Source of the DNA: the human T2T-CHM13v2.0 reference genome, Homo sapiens
Assembly: GCF_009914755.1 (NCBI RefSeq)
Contig: NC_060930.1
Strand: one strand, 5' to 3'
DNA: 64,000 nt
The notes under the pieces were generated by a model. That model worked only from the letters and a program-made list of their open reading frames with translations. It was not told the origin of the DNA and ran no database searches. This document shows, in pieces, positions 39,431 to 56,393 of the stretch (within the stretch, counting starts at the first letter, position 1; the number at the start of each line of letters is the position of its first letter). The translations under genes and the position numbers were made by a program.

Positions 39431-42104
39431 ATGAGAATTTCTCACTATTTTTTCTTTTCTTCCTCATTCTTTTCTATCCTGAGATCTGTGTTCTGATACA
39501 TTTGCTTCTTGACATCATTCTTAGACGTTTTTCTTCAGATATGTGGGTGATATCAAAAACTAGCAAGTGCACAATTATCTTTCTCTCAGTCTAATAGGGA
39601 AATGTTGTCTCATAGGAAAAGACTGTGTATGGAACCTTTGGGGCACACAGTTTTTGTTCTCTTTTTGTTCTGCCTGATCTAACTTCCAATTTTGCATGAG
39701 GAGATTAATGCCAGTCTGATTTTACCTTTTAAAATACTTAGTTCTTTCTCTCTGAAAGCTTGTAAGAAAGTATTTTTCATTCATTTAAAAATATTCATTG
39801 AGTGCTTACTATGTGGAAGGCACTATTCTGAGCTCAGCCGTAAATAAAAAAGTGGTCTCAGCCGTGTGCTTACTTTCAGATTTACCCTATTTTAGGCTGT
39901 TTGGGCATGTGTGGGACATGATGATCCCTTATAATCTGAAGACCAATTTCTCCCTTCAGCTGAGTGATTTTTTTCCTATTGTCTTCTATTTTTTAATAAT
40001 CTGTTTAATTTTTGCCTCTCTTCTAGCTTAAATGTCTTCTTTCGTTGATGTTATTTGCATGTTTGGTCTCCTATATTTATCTTACAAGTTGTTTATGTTT
40101 TCACTTATTATTTCTGTATTTTTATATGTTTGTTTTGAGCTGTGAGATATTTCTTCTTGATTTTCAGTTCACTAACTTGTTTCAACATAGGAACCCTCTT
40201 CTCCTTAAATTCACCCCTTGAATGTTTTAATCTTTTTCTTTTCTTTTCTTTTGGGGAGGTGGTTACATAAATGTGTTGGCTGGTTATCATTAGGAGTCAT
40301 CCTTTTTAGGGAAAATTCTGAGACGCTTTTTCTCTCTGACTTCCGGGCTCCCTTACATGTGTTGTTATTTTCCCTTGCCTGCTCAATGGGTCTCTGATCC
40401 ATTTGCTAGGGTACCTTAAATGGGGAGAACTCCAAGAGCTGTGAAGACTGATGGTGTCTTTACCTGTGGGTTGGTAGAGGAGTTACAGGTAGGTTTTAGT
40501 CTCTTGCACTGGGAGAAAGCCCCTGCAGTTAGGACTTCCAGCCCCTGGGGCCAGAAAGAAGGCAGCCAACTGGCTTGTCTCCCCTCCAGCTCCTCAGGAG
40601 TGGGCATGCTTACATGGGCTATGTAGGCCTTGGAGCACGGAGGGAGATAGGAACTTCTGTGGGCCAAGCTCCCCTCAGGCTTCTTGCTCTGATCATCTTT
40701 TCCTGGAAGGTACATGGACTTGGCTTCCTTTACCTACAGGCCTTAGCAGCTGCTAGGTTTAGAAGAGAAAAATGGGTTAAAATTGGGAGGTGGTAGAAGT
40801 TAAAAAATGTCATCTTTCCAGAATCCTATCCTTTTTGCTACAAATGTAACTCTGTCTATTAAAGAGTTATGGTGAATCTTCATAATTCATTCTTTCTCTG
40901 TCAGTCTTGAATCAGAGCAAACTACTTAGTATGCATAAGAAAGACATGAAGTTTGTGGAACAGTGACAAGATTGGTCTACTCTTCCTCTTATTGTAAATA
41001 TCTACCTGTTTTTCAGGACTCAGTTTGTACAACAAGTCTTCAGAAATCCTTTCCACTCTCTTTATTAATCCACTCATGGTGAGATTAGTCTTTGTTTTAA
41101 ACTGGGACATGCAAAAGATGTGATGTCTCCTGAAGTTCTATAGCATTTACTGTGCACAAGTCACTTGACACATAATGGTAACATCAACAGTAAAAAAGCT
41201 AACATTTATTAGTTTAGCACTATGTTAGCATTTTTATATATGTCACTCATCCTATGAGTAAGACAGTTTTATTGTTCTTTTTAATATACATTTTTATTTA
41301 CCTTTAAAGATGTCTAGTTTCCCTTATCAAGCTGTAGTCTCCTTTTGGGCACTTCTTAATTTCTTTATACCTCCAGTGCCTACTTCCATGAACAAAATAG
41401 ATACTTAATAAATGTTGCTTTCATAATGGTAATAATAACCAGACAATCAGTAAGTATCCTTTCATCCTGTAGTAATTACAGAGTGTCCTCAATCCTTCAG
41501 TTTGCTGGGGTGAAATAGCCAGGAAGATGGGGACATAACCTGTATTTTTGAAGAGTTTATAGTTTTGATGAGAACAGAAATTAAATCTTGGAAGAGCAAA
41601 AAGATACTAAATCTCCTAATCTCTTCTCTTACCATTCAATAAAGATGAACTATTTTGGAGACCTTCTTATAAACAAAAGGACAATTATAGAACCTCAGCT
41701 ATGGAGGAAAGAAGATCTTTTCTACTTAGAAACAAACTATCATTTTAAAACTCATCAGCTACACAAAAATACCAATAATGAGGAAGTAAAGAACTAAACA
41801 TTTTTTACATGTTTTAAAAGCTGAGTCTTTATTAAATGACAATATGTAGGCCTCAAATATGAAAATGCAATTCATGATATAGGAATTTTTTAAAGGCCTT
41901 ATAAAGTACATGGATAGTAATTTGACGATTTGTAATTCAGAATATTTGACTAATTTCCTAAACTACACCATCTTGGACACATGCCAGCCCAATACCAGGG
42001 ATTAAAAATGTACCAATTGAGTAGGTCCTTGTAAAAACTTTATATCTCCAACATTTACATGTAAAATCCATAGAATAAGCTGCCTCGGTACGGCATTACA
42101 CTTG

Positions 42105-42137
42105 CTGTTTGTTACTAGTAAGCCCTATATCTGCTAT

Positions 42138-42172
<35 letters not shown>

Positions 42173-42690
42173 TTTTACCTTTTTCCTGTCCTCCCAGGGA
42201 GGCAAGTTTGAAAACTTCATTTTTAAGACTCATCTGCCCACTGGGTTTTGATTATGAGCTGCTAGAAGAAGACGCGCCTGAGAACAGAAGGCGAAAGGAA
42301 GGCAGCAGCCCCTTTGCTTCTGCAGCAGTGCGAGTGCGTGTGCAGCCCCCTGCACCGTGCAGCATTGATGGTGGCTCCCTCAGATCAGTGAGCCTGTGGA
42401 CTCTCGAGCCCAGCAAAGTCAGAGTGTGGCAAGCATTAGGTCCCTGCTCCACCTCAGTGCCAATTCTGCCATGGGGACTCTGGCAGATTCAGAAAGAGGA
42501 AGAATTCCTGGGCCGTGGGTACAGCCACCATCCTGTTTTCTTCCTTTAGCCCTTTCAACATGTTTGCAACCAATTCCCTGTTAAAACTGTATTTCAATGC
42601 TTTTGTTACCAGTCACTCAGTTGGAAATAACCAGAAAGTGTTCTGTTTTCCTAGCTGGAAACTAGCGTATTCAGTCTGAGACTTTTAGTT
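42105..42690 (+). mobile_element. Possible ERVL (LTR33-like) solo LTR containing (TTTA)n at 42136-42172
   Basis: GC-richer island ending aaataaccagaaagtgttctgttttcctagctgg, similar to ERVL LTR 3' ends. Confidence 0.35.
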
Positions 42691-44389
42691 AAGGGGCTTG
42701 GTTATAATGAGGTTGACTGTGTTAGGAAAACAGAATATTTTTTTGTAAGTTTGGCAAACAGAGCTGTGGGTCTTCTAAGTCATACTTGTTTGAGAATTCC
42801 TCTAGGAGCAGATTCTTTTTACTCTAGCCCAGTTTAAGGTAAACTTGTTCCATGGAAGCAGAGTTTTGCAGTTTCTTCATGTTTTGCAATTTTTCAGTTT
42901 CTTCATGTTGTACCTCTTCCTTCTGCTCCCTTTTCCCCATTTGGTAACTGCTCTGACTCCCATGGAGGCTGACTTGCTGACAACTTGCACCCCAGCAAAT
43001 TAACACAATAGTGGAAAACATTGTCATTAGTCATTTAGACTAATGATATAGCAATGACTTTCAATGCATGGTTATCTCCACTAGGCATTTTCTTTTGAAG
43101 CATTTAATTTCTAATTTGGGATCAATATCCTATACTCATTAAAGACATTTTAGGCACCTGTAAGATATTTCTTGTCCTGCTCACACTACAGTGGATGCTC
43201 TGGTACTACAATATTAGCAGAGCCAACTTTGAGGTTCACTCTGCTGGGTTATCAGCAGTGAAACTGTTTTTGTGTGGGTAGCCTCCTGATGCCCCAAGGG
43301 AGACTGGAAAGGTGCTCACGTTGTCCTTTTCTTAATCATTCCTTCATTTAATCATTTATTCCAAACAAACACTTATTGATCATCATATGTAGCAGGTGCC
43401 ATGTAGGCACTGTGGAGACAGCCCTGGTTAAAACAAGAAAAATGACACAGCATATGAGTCAAGGGCTCGGCTGCTCTGCCACTTGGAGCTTTGGAAGCAT
43501 GAGAAAGTTATTTTGAGCCTCAGTTTCCTCATCTACAGTATGGGGAAAATCATGGTATGGCCTGCAGCTAGTTGTGCCTAGTTCTCCCCACACACATTTC
43601 CCCAAACTACTAAAGACAGAGCTTTTTATGTCCCTTTATCCCCTGCTTTTCCTCAATATAGAACAGCACAGAAGGCCCTGAATTTTGCACAATTCCTTCC
43701 TTTCTCTGCCTTGGATCCAGAGTTTCCAGATGCTTCTTTGTATTTTTCAGATAGGGTTTTCTGAGTTTCCAGATGCATTTTATATTTTGAGTATATTTAA
43801 GATTATATGCCTTCCTATTTAATATTTTTCTCACACAAAGATCATTGTTCTGTTACCTTGGACTTTATTCCTATGCCTTCTGTATTATTTCTATCTGTGG
43901 CAGTGATGCTTTCAAAAAGCTGTGTTGAACACATTCTCTTTATTAATAAAGATATTTTTGTATAAAATCACTTTGCCAAGATAATAAGATACTGCTTAAT
44001 AATCAGTGAATCTTCATTAAAAAGTAATCTTTGACATGTCCCAATTTAAAACAAAGGCTACAATAGTCATTATATCTGGCATAAGCTCAACCTTCTGCCT
44101 TATCACCCAATTTAGCACATTCCTGGATTTAATGTAGGATTGTCAACCAGGATCTGGGGAAATGTCAATGGCAGTGACAAAATGACTGTTGTATACATTC
44201 AAAGCTTTCCCAAATAGTCTTTAAAATAATCAAAGAATGAAATAAAGTCAAACTGCTGTTGGGAATATTTATATAACACTACTCATTTTCTTCAATGAAT
44301 ATCCCTTCTATAATATAGACAGACCATAGATACGGACTAGTATAAATATTTGACATCACTTTAATTTGCCAAAATGACTATTTCCCTGT

Positions 44390-44650
44390 ACAGTGTTAGA
44401 TTTGTGCTTTCAGGCTCTTGTGGCCAGAGAGCCCCCAAAAGTAGAGCCTGAGAAAAAGACTTGTGATCAGGTAGTTTATGTGGGAGGTGAGGTTGGAAGT
44501 GAAAAGGCAAAGAAGGGACCACCCAGGCCTGCTGTGGGTGGCTGAGGCTTGATGCCACCAGTACCTTTTTGTCAGCATGTTTAATAGGATGCTTATCAGA
44601 ATTGTCCACCTGAGGGAGGAATAGAAGAAGCATGTATTTATCTCAGTCTC
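44390..44650 (-). mobile_element. LTR16/MLT2-like ERVL LTR fragment
   Basis: cccccaaaagtagagcctgagaaaaagacttgtgatcaggtagtttatgtgggaggtga. Confidence 0.45.
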
Positions 44651-45518
44651 CCTTGAGCATGTGTGGGGACTGAGTGGGCGCTCACACCAAATATGGGCTG
44701 CATACAGAAGGAGAGGCCCTGTTGATGGAGTGGGTGGAGGCTCTAAGAAAATGTCCCCTCCCCACCATCACTGGACTCAGAGATGAGACTGTGAGGCGGG
44801 AACCAGGCGACCAGTACTTTGTTGAAAAAAAAATTAGATCAAATAGGACAAAAATTATTCATAAGGAAAATGATCCTATTTGAAGATTGTATGCTTTCCT
44901 TGACTGCTAATATCTGTATTTCCATACTTGGTATAAAGACAACTTAGAGTTGGAGAGATCATTGAGTTACTTAATTAAATATAATAAATCTGATGTTTTA
45001 ACACTAGGTGGGATGATTAATTCTGTATTCCTGAACCTAGCCTCATTTGGAGCATACCCCTGGGGCTCTTTATTCTTACATTTATAAATTATGAAATCAA
45101 TGAGTCTAATATTTTGCTGATAATGGGTATATAATACATTAAGTCTTGCTTGCTTTAAACAGTTATTTTTCTTGATAGCAATTAAGATGGGAAAAAGAAT
45201 GTCCTTTGTCATGGTCTACATTTTCATACTACAAACTATACTTATAGTTTGGCTTAGTGATGATAGCAATACAATTATTAAAGCAATATGAATGTAAGCC
45301 CTCCAGAAATTTTAAAACAATTGTAAAAATCAAAAGATGAATAAAAACTGAAATGAAAAAATACAATAAATGAGGACATTGAGCATTTTTTCAAGATATA
45401 TATGAGTGAATTTATATGCAAGGACAAAGAAGAAAAGTCTTGCGTTGTTATATCTGGAAAGATATTCTGTGTTACTTTGACTTTTATGCCATCCAAAGCC
45501 TTGAATGTCTTCCTCTTG

Positions 45519-45597
45519 TTTTTTTTTTTTTTTTTGTTTGTTTGTTTTTTTTATACTTTAAGATCTGGGATACATGTGCAGAACATGCAGGTTTGTT
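45519..45597 (-). mobile_element. Ultra-short L1PA (PA7/8-like) 3' terminus with tail
   Basis: T-tract then tatactttaagatctgggatacatgtgcagaacatgcaggtttgtt. Candidate TSD TTGTTTTT 45516-45523 and 45596-45603. Confidence 0.8.
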
Positions 45598-45699
45598 GTT
45601 TTTAAGATCCACCCCAAAGCAAGTCATTCAAGAGCTGCCACAAGCAGACTCCAGCCTTTCTCTCCAAACCACCTGACCCGGGTGCTTTAGAAATATTAA

Positions 45700-45830
45700 C
45701 TCAGTCTGTATAAAATGTCTATGAAGTAGCTCCCATTATCACCTGTATTTTTCAGATGAGGAAACTGAGGTACATGCAGGTTAAGTAACTTGCTGGCAAT
45801 CATCAGCAAGTAAGTGGTGAGCCAAGATTC
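45700..45830 (-). mobile_element. MIR
   Basis: tttttcagatgaggaaactgaggtacatgcaggttaagtaacttgc core. Confidence 0.8.
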
Positions 45831-46796
45831 GGGAGGATGCTTTGCTCATGTGTAATTACTGAAAAGTCTCTTCTCTAGTCTGGTCTGAATCTCAGCCCTT
45901 CCTGTCTTTAGGAAATGTAAATGTACTGACTGAGTCCCATCTGTTAAGAATAACAGTGGGATTAATAGCCATAGGCTCTTCTCTGTGTGAGAGAGACAGG
46001 ACAACACAGCTCCCTGTTCTGTAGCTTTTGTCTCTGACTGGCATTCCCTTTCTCCTTCCCTACAGAGCACTTTGGACAGAGTTCTGCAAGGGCCTCCTCA
46101 GTTAGGCCCAACCAATCCCAAGACCATGTGCAGGGGACAGTCCACTGTCATTTTGCTAAGAAATCGCTCTTCCGATGGTAGTTTCTAAACCTCACAAATA
46201 TGCAGTAAAGATGTCTTTCCTCGAATGATGTTTGATTAGTCCCTTTTCTTTTCCTCTGCAGTAGTTCTTTAACTTTGATAGAATTCCTCTAGAATTGTAC
46301 CACCTCTTAGATAAAATAGACATCTTGAATATGGAATCTGAGCTTCCTAATGTTTCCCTAACATCCTTTATGGGAGAAGCACATATAGCCTTGCAGATCT
46401 GTGGAATAGAATATATGTAATGCCTAGCGTTGAATTTCAAGAGCCCTAAATGGAGTAGAATTTGTTTACAACTTTTTATGCACTTGACAACTTATAGAAT
46501 ATAGGGGCAGTTATCTTGAAAGTGTTGTTTAGTTTTTACTTTTGGTTAGGATTTTTTTTAAATCAAAATTGTTAGATCTTAGCAAGAGTGTGGTGGAGCC
46601 ATTCTGACAAACGGTGTGACTAGGAAGACTATTTCTACTTGTTACTGTGTGTGTATGTAGGGGGAGGGGATTTATTTCATAGTTTTCCTTTGTTATTTAA
46701 AATTATAATTTTTATGTAAAATTTAATTTTATACAAGAAAATTTCTCAGTAGTAATAGGCATATCGATTTAAAAATTGAGTCTAACCCTTTAATCT

Positions 46797-46960
46797 AGTG
46801 CTTCTTACACTTTATTATGCCCATGAATCCCCTGGGATCTTGCTAAAATGCAGATGTGGAGTCAGTGGGTCCAGCCTGAAGCCTGAGAGTACGCATTCGA
46901 ACAAGCTCCCAGGTGATGCTGAGGCTGCTGGCCTTCGGGTCTATACCTTGAATAATAAGG
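46797..46960. mobile_element. MER5A
   Basis: tagtgcttctt...ggatcttgctaaaatgcagat...aacaagctcccaggtgatgctgaggctgctgg. Confidence 0.8.
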
Positions 46961-47150
46961 AGAAGCCATACACAAGCCAGCCTAATGCCTTACTTTCTTT
47001 CTTTCTTTCTTTCTTCCCTTCTGTCTTTTTAAAAAATTCCAGCACTATGACAGCATTTGTGCTTTTCCCCCAGCCCATCTAAAGGGGGCTTTGCATAGAT
47101 AATAATAGTCTGCCTTCCTAGGTGTGGTGTGAGGATTCAGTGATATAAAC

Positions 47151-47635
<485 letters not shown>

Positions 47636-48207
47636 ATGTAATCCAGATGGAGTAACTGGTGCATAGAAAGTGTTTAATAGATACTAGCCATTACCCTTTG
47701 AGTTCTTAAAACCATATGATTATTTATATTCTAATTTGCATTTGAGAAGATTAACACTATTTGTAAAGAAAAGGACTAGGGTTATAACCTAGATCTTTTG
47801 ATTCCAAAACCTGTGCCCTTAATACTGCATAACCTTTTCCCCAAAGTGAATTTCTTGAATAGTGAGGGCCTTGGTGGCTCTCACCTCTCCTTTTAACTCT
47901 CCTTAATCAGGCACCTTACTTTTGAAAGTCCAGTGATGCTCATGAAGGTGCTCCCAACAGGGTTCCCTTCCTGAACACCATGTTGTTTTCCCCAGTCAGA
48001 GCACTGCCTGTTACTTGCTCGGCAATCATATTCCTGCAGGTTGCAGCAAAGGCTAGTCATGTTAATCCCTCCAGAGGTGTTTTCTGCCTTATGCAGGGTT
48101 TTCTGAATGTAATCCTTTTGCTCAAAGGAAGTACTCCTCAGGAGGAAATGCTACACTTTGTAGGATTAGAGGGGGTGTGTTTTAGCATGGAAATGGGAGT
48201 GGGGTGG

Positions 48208-48265
48208 TGTGTGTGTGTGTGTGTGTTTGTGTGTGTATGTGCATGTGTATGTGTGTATGTGTGTC
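48208..48265. repeat. (TG)n microsatellite
   Basis: seen directly. Confidence 0.9.
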
Positions 48266-51019
48266 TGTAGAGATTTCTCCTTGCATCCCTGAATCCCAAC
48301 TCTTGACAGACACCTGATCCATTTACGTGAACAGTTTTACGGAGACCATTTGCCCCATTCTGATTATGGCACTTAAGAATTTAAGTAGGATTTTTTTGTT
48401 TCTGACTTTGCTTTCAAGTTTTAAGAAACAAGCTAATAGACTGGAGGCTTACTGTGATAGATTTAGCCATGTCTCTTTCTCTTAATTGCTTCATGTTTAA
48501 ACTTGAGGTGCTTTTCAATTTGCTCTTGTTTCTCACCTCACAGGCACTGACTGATTTAGTTTCTTTTAGCATATTTGCTAACAGGAATTGAATGGGCTTG
48601 CTGATTCCCATTAGAACTGTTTTGAGTTGGATAGCTTCATTTAAAATGGAAGATTTTATGTACAATTTTTGTTTATCCCCTGGTTTTGTCTCTTGGATTA
48701 AGAATATTCCCCAGATAATGAAGTCAAAAGTCTAGAAGAAAGCAAGTTAGGTCTTTAATAGTTTTCCATTCTTCTTTTGTTAATTTTTATTATCTACACT
48801 TTGACTTGTCCATTTAGGATATCTAAATGTGTCTTTGTGCTGGGGATAGTATAATATTGTAGAGGAAGATAACGCTTTTGCAGGCTTATTTGGACAGGTA
48901 TGAAGTAAATGAAAAAATTTGCTACTCCCATCCTAGATCAACTTGGAAAGACATTTCTTTAGGACTAAAATGTGATAGTAGAGAAAGCCTACCATTGGTA
49001 AATGTGAGACTCAGGCAAATCTGGTAGGTCACATCAAGCTATTCTGGTTCCAGTGATATTTGCAAACAAGAATTTACTAGGCCACCATAATGAAGAAATG
49101 CTTCTCTCCTTTGTACCTGTTTTCCTATATACATACAATACACACAATGCTTTGCCTTTAATGCAAATCATTTTAAGACAGTATGAATTTGGAAATTTCT
49201 AATGACATAGAATATTGTAGTTGTCATATAGTTCAAGGTGAAAAATAATAGTCTATCAAGTGGCACCAATCTTAAACGGTGTCTATACACATGCTCTGTG
49301 TGTGTTTATGTGCATGTGTGTGTGTGTATTTGTGGCAGGATGAATTTCAGTCCATCAGCTCAGGTGGGTAAGTACTGTGACTTTCTATTCTATAACTCAA
49401 CTTAGTTTTTTGATTTTGAGCTCCTAGTTTGTTAAGAGTGGGCAGAATATTAGCCCTTTCCTGAAGTTCCACCCCCACATGACCATCTTGGTGTGGTTCA
49501 ATAATTCCAAGACCCTACTCTGTTTCACTGAATTGAAGTAGGGGTAGGGAGGATGGTTGCTGGCCCCCATATTGCCATTGAGGTGTTTAGAGTCCTGGTG
49601 CCCATGGTCCCTCAGGTCCCACTTTTTGCTGTGTGGTGTCATTTTTAGGGCATAGAAATCCTTCCCTGGCCTGTCTATGGTCCCGCCTTCCCAGGCATAC
49701 AATGCAGTTGACCTCTGGGATATGACCATCTGACCATATCTTTGGTTCTTGGGAATCCTGCTCTCTTTTTTTTTTACTCCTTCCAACCTTGAGGAATCCT
49801 CTCCTGGTCTTAGAGAAGTCCATCTTCCTTCATATGTATGCTTGCTCAGTCCTCTCCTTTTAGGCTTTTGGGTACTAAAGCTGGGTTTTCTACTGGAGAG
49901 CTCATTTCTGCCCTCCCCTGAGGTACTGACCATGGACCTAAATGGAGAGGGGACAGTGGGAAGAGGCAGATACAGAAAATACTTTTTTGAATAGAAGGAT
50001 AACACCTCAAAGTATCATCTCTGTACATATCCTAGGATTTAATCATGTATATTTCTTTGTGTCAGGACATTCCAGAACACTGTGCTGCTGGCCTTTCCTT
50101 CAAGTTGCAGAGTCTGCAAGTGACGTGAAACCAACAAGTGTTCATCCATTCTCCCTAACAAATAGGCTATTTGGTATAAGAGACAAAAATTGTGAAGTGA
50201 AATTACCTTTCTGTTACAAGTTTCTAAGGACAATTAATTTTAGGTGGTTGGCAAATACAATGTGAAAAGAAGTGGATTGTTAAGTAGCTATGTGAGTTCA
50301 GCTTTTTTCCCCCTCCTAATGAGGCACTTAAAATCTTACCTTTTAAGTATATTGCTTGATTATTGTGAATTATGTTTGCAGTGTGACAAATATTTTTAAA
50401 AAACAAAGGATTTTCATGGAGGGAAATCAAATCAGGAATAAATGTATGGGTGTGAAATCCTTTCATTGCTACAATAATAGGATAATTTATGTAATACCTC
50501 AAGCATCCAAATCTTTTAATAGCTTTTTTGAAATATAAAACACTGAAAAAAATCAGTTATGCCTGTTCCCGCCCTTACTGAGTGTTTATTTGAAAAACTT
50601 CTTGTTCCGTTAATGTTCTCTTGAAAAATAAAAGCAGCCTTGTCTGGAATGAAAAGAATTGAATTCTTATGGTTTTCTTCTCAGAAATTTCTACAGTAGT
50701 TGTGGGGGAAATGTTTTCCTATTAATAAGGTTTATCTTTTTTTTTCTTTCAGTATTCTGATAATAGCTTATGACGCCATATCCCACTTCAAATTTTTAGC
50801 ACTTGTTCAAAGCTCATGTCTAAACTTTTATCAGATTACACTTTTCTCTGTTAGATTAACCACTTCCCAGGCCCACACCACCTAACCTCTAGATGTCCAT
50901 GGTAAAGTAATGAATCTCAAACTATCCATAATGAAGGAACAAGTTTCCAAATTCACACTCTCAATTCTTGTACTCATCTCACAGACTGAAAACAAGCAGC
51001 TGGCAGATTGGCCACTTTG

Positions 51020-51337
51020 TTTACAGCTCTGCAGACTGTACAGAAAGCATGGTGCAGGCATCTGCTTCTGGAGGGGCCTCATGGCAGAAGGCAAAGCAGA
51101 AGCAGATGTGTCACATGACAAAGACAGGTGCAGGCGGGGCAGGGCATATACTTTTCAATGACCAGATCTCCCAAGAAGTCACTCACTATCTTGACCACAG
51201 TACCAAGAGGATACTACTAAACCAGTTATGAGAAATCTGCTCCCAAGATCCAATCACCTCTCACCAGGCCCCACCTCCAATACTGGGACTACAGTTCAAC
51301 TTGAGATTTGGGTGGGGACAGCATCCAAACTATATCA
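51020..51337 (-). mobile_element. MST (MaLR) LTR
   Basis: ggcatctgcttctgg...atggcagaaggcaaag...ccaggccccacctccaa...ttgagatttgggtggggaca...ccaaactatatca. Confidence 0.85.
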
Positions 51338-51850
51338 CTATCTTTAACACTCTCCCTTGCCATTCTAGATATCTTCCTAAAATACTTCCGCTTCCTACAA
51401 TGAAATCGCTGCTCACCATGCCAGGACCTAAGACGCTGCAAAATCTGGCCACACTCTACCTGTGTCCTAGCCACACATCTTAGCCTTCTCTATCATTCTT
51501 TCTCTTTCCTGAAAAGCAATTCCTGAGTACCCAACCAGAAAGAACCTTTGTCCCTCACACCTGGCTGCATTGATTTCTAGATTTCCTGATTGCCAATAAC
51601 ATATTGAAATACAAACTGCTCTCTAATTGTCTTCTTTTTTAAATAGATGGCTTATTTTAATTAATGAGTAACTTGTGGATTTGGTGGGCAAAAACCATGG
51701 AATGTTCCCAGTCAAGGGAAGGGTGACACAGGGAGCAGGCCACCATGTCTACAAGGGCTGAGGTGGAGGTGGCATAAAGAGAGACAGGAATTCTTAACCT
51801 TGGGTCTTTAGAGAGATTGTTTGGGAGTGTATTCCTGATCTGAAGAGGTA

Positions 51851-51890
51851 TGTGTGTGTGTGTTTGTGTGTCTGTGTGTGTGTGTGTGTG
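51851..51890. repeat. (TG)n microsatellite
   Basis: seen directly. Confidence 0.9.
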
Positions 51891-51944
51891 AGCACACATG
51901 CAGAGGAGAGTATTTACAGAGGGGAGTACTACAACTTCTGAATA

Positions 51945-52710
51945 ATCTATTTTTAATTGAGTTTTTATTGAGATAATTATAGATTCACATCTAGTTGTAA
52001 GCAATAATACATGGAGCTCCCATATATCCTTTATGCAGTTTCCACCACTGGTAGCATCTTGCAGTGCTATAGTCCAATAACACAAGCAGGTTATTGACAT
52101 TGAATCAATCCACCTGTCTTATTCAAGTTTCCCCAGTTTTTTGTGTACTCATGTTGATGCACATGTGTGTTTAGTTCTATTCAAGTTTATCAAATGTGAA
52201 GGCTCTTGTACTAACCATCAGAGTCACAACACACAACAGCTCCATCACCAAAAGTACCTGTCCTGTCTCCCGTTTATAACCATACTCACTCCATTCCTCC
52301 AGCCCTGTCCTGATCCTAACCATTGGCAACAGCTCATCTCTCCTCCATTTCTAAATTTTTGTCTTTTCAAAAATATTACATAAATGGAAGCCTATAGTAT
52401 GTAACTTTTGGAGATTGGCTTTAAAAAAAAAAACCTCAACATTACTCTCTGGAGATTCATCTTAGTGGCTACATGTACCACTAGTTAGTTCCTTTTTATT
52501 GCTAAGTAAGTATCCCATGGTATAGATGTATCAATTTGTTTAACCATTCACCTGTTGAAGGGTATCTGAGCTGATTCCAGTTTTAGGCTATGACAAATAA
52601 AGCTTTTATGAACATTCACATACAGGTTTGTATGTGAACAGAAGTTTTTATTTCTCCAAAATAAATGCCCAAGACTTCAATTGCTGGGTCATATGGTAGT
52701 TGCACATTTT
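51945..52710 (-). mobile_element. L1MC-type 3' end
   Basis: ataattatagattcacatctagttgtaagcaataataca...gtttaaccattcacctgttgaagg. Confidence 0.75.
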
Positions 52711-53386
52711 ACATAATCCTTAAAACTCACTATTTAAAATTGCTTCCCAACTCCACACTTCTGTATTATGACATAAAGTTTGGTTGCTGGAGGAGCTATG
52801 ACTCTGATAATAATCCCTGAATTCAACCTTTTTACTTTTAAAAGTTTTTTTGCCTCCTTCAAAATAATCTTAAGACATATGTATCATATTATACTTTCAG
52901 CAAAAATATAAGCTTAGTGGAATTTTATAGGAAATTGAGACACAGAGAAATTAACAACTTGGGTCATACAGAGAATTAATGTCATGGTCTGAAACAAATC
53001 CCAAGACCCTTAGAGTGTTAAAGCTATATTTGGTGACACATTAATGGGTCATGAAATCAACTATGTCAGCCACAACCAGAATGTTTCTACAAAGATATAG
53101 ACCAAACTAGAATCCAAAATATCACTGGGCATTGCAAATAGCAAGAATATGTATTATATAATTTTTGTTGCATTTTTATGTATATGTGTGCGTATCCAAT
53201 TACCTAAAATTGGATGATGGTTAGAAGTGCTGGAAAACTCTGTTCTTACAGCTTAGCTCTTTTCATTGAAATTCCCAGATAATTATCTTGTAATTTCCCT
53301 GTGCCTAAAAAAGTCTTATAGTAGTCAAACTAGAATAGAGGTACAATTTGTAATTCTTAATTAATATCAGAATAAATGTGAGTTAG

Positions 53387-55883
<2,497 letters not shown>

Positions 55884-56049
55884 AAAGAGATCTTCTTTTA
55901 TCAGAAACTTATTAAAATGCTATTTGTTGCTTTATGGAACTTTACTTTCTTCATCACTTAAAACAGACTTCTTACACAGATCCTTCCAGATTATAGAAAA
56001 AAGGGAATACTAGCCAATCATTTGATAAAATTAGCTTAACTTTGATAAG

Positions 56050-56393
56050 TGATATAATTTGGCTGTGTCCACACCCAAATCTCATCTTGAATTGTAGCTC
56101 CCATAATCCCTACGGTCAGAGGTAATTAAATGATGGGGGTGGTTTTTTCCTGTGTTGTTCTCATGATAGTGAATAAGTCTCATGACATCTGATGGTTTAT
56201 AAAGGGCAGATTCCCTGCACACGCTCTCTTGCCTGCCACCATATAAGACGTACCTTTGCTCCTCCTTCACCTTCTGCCATGATTTTGAGGCCTCTCTAGC
56301 CATGTGGGACTGTGAGTCCATTAAACCTCTTTTTCTTTATAAATTACCCAGTCTCAAGTATTTCTTCAGAGCAGTATGAAATGGACTAATACA
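56050..56393 (+). mobile_element. THE1 (MaLR) solo LTR
   Basis: TGATAT...ACTAATACA termini. 5-bp TSD ATAAG 56045-56049 vs ATAAC 56394-56398. Confidence 0.93.

Noticed and set aside
56122-56133. DUX4 site in the THE1 LTR
   Set aside because: Reads TAATTAAATGA, which departs from the TAAYYBAATCA-type motif
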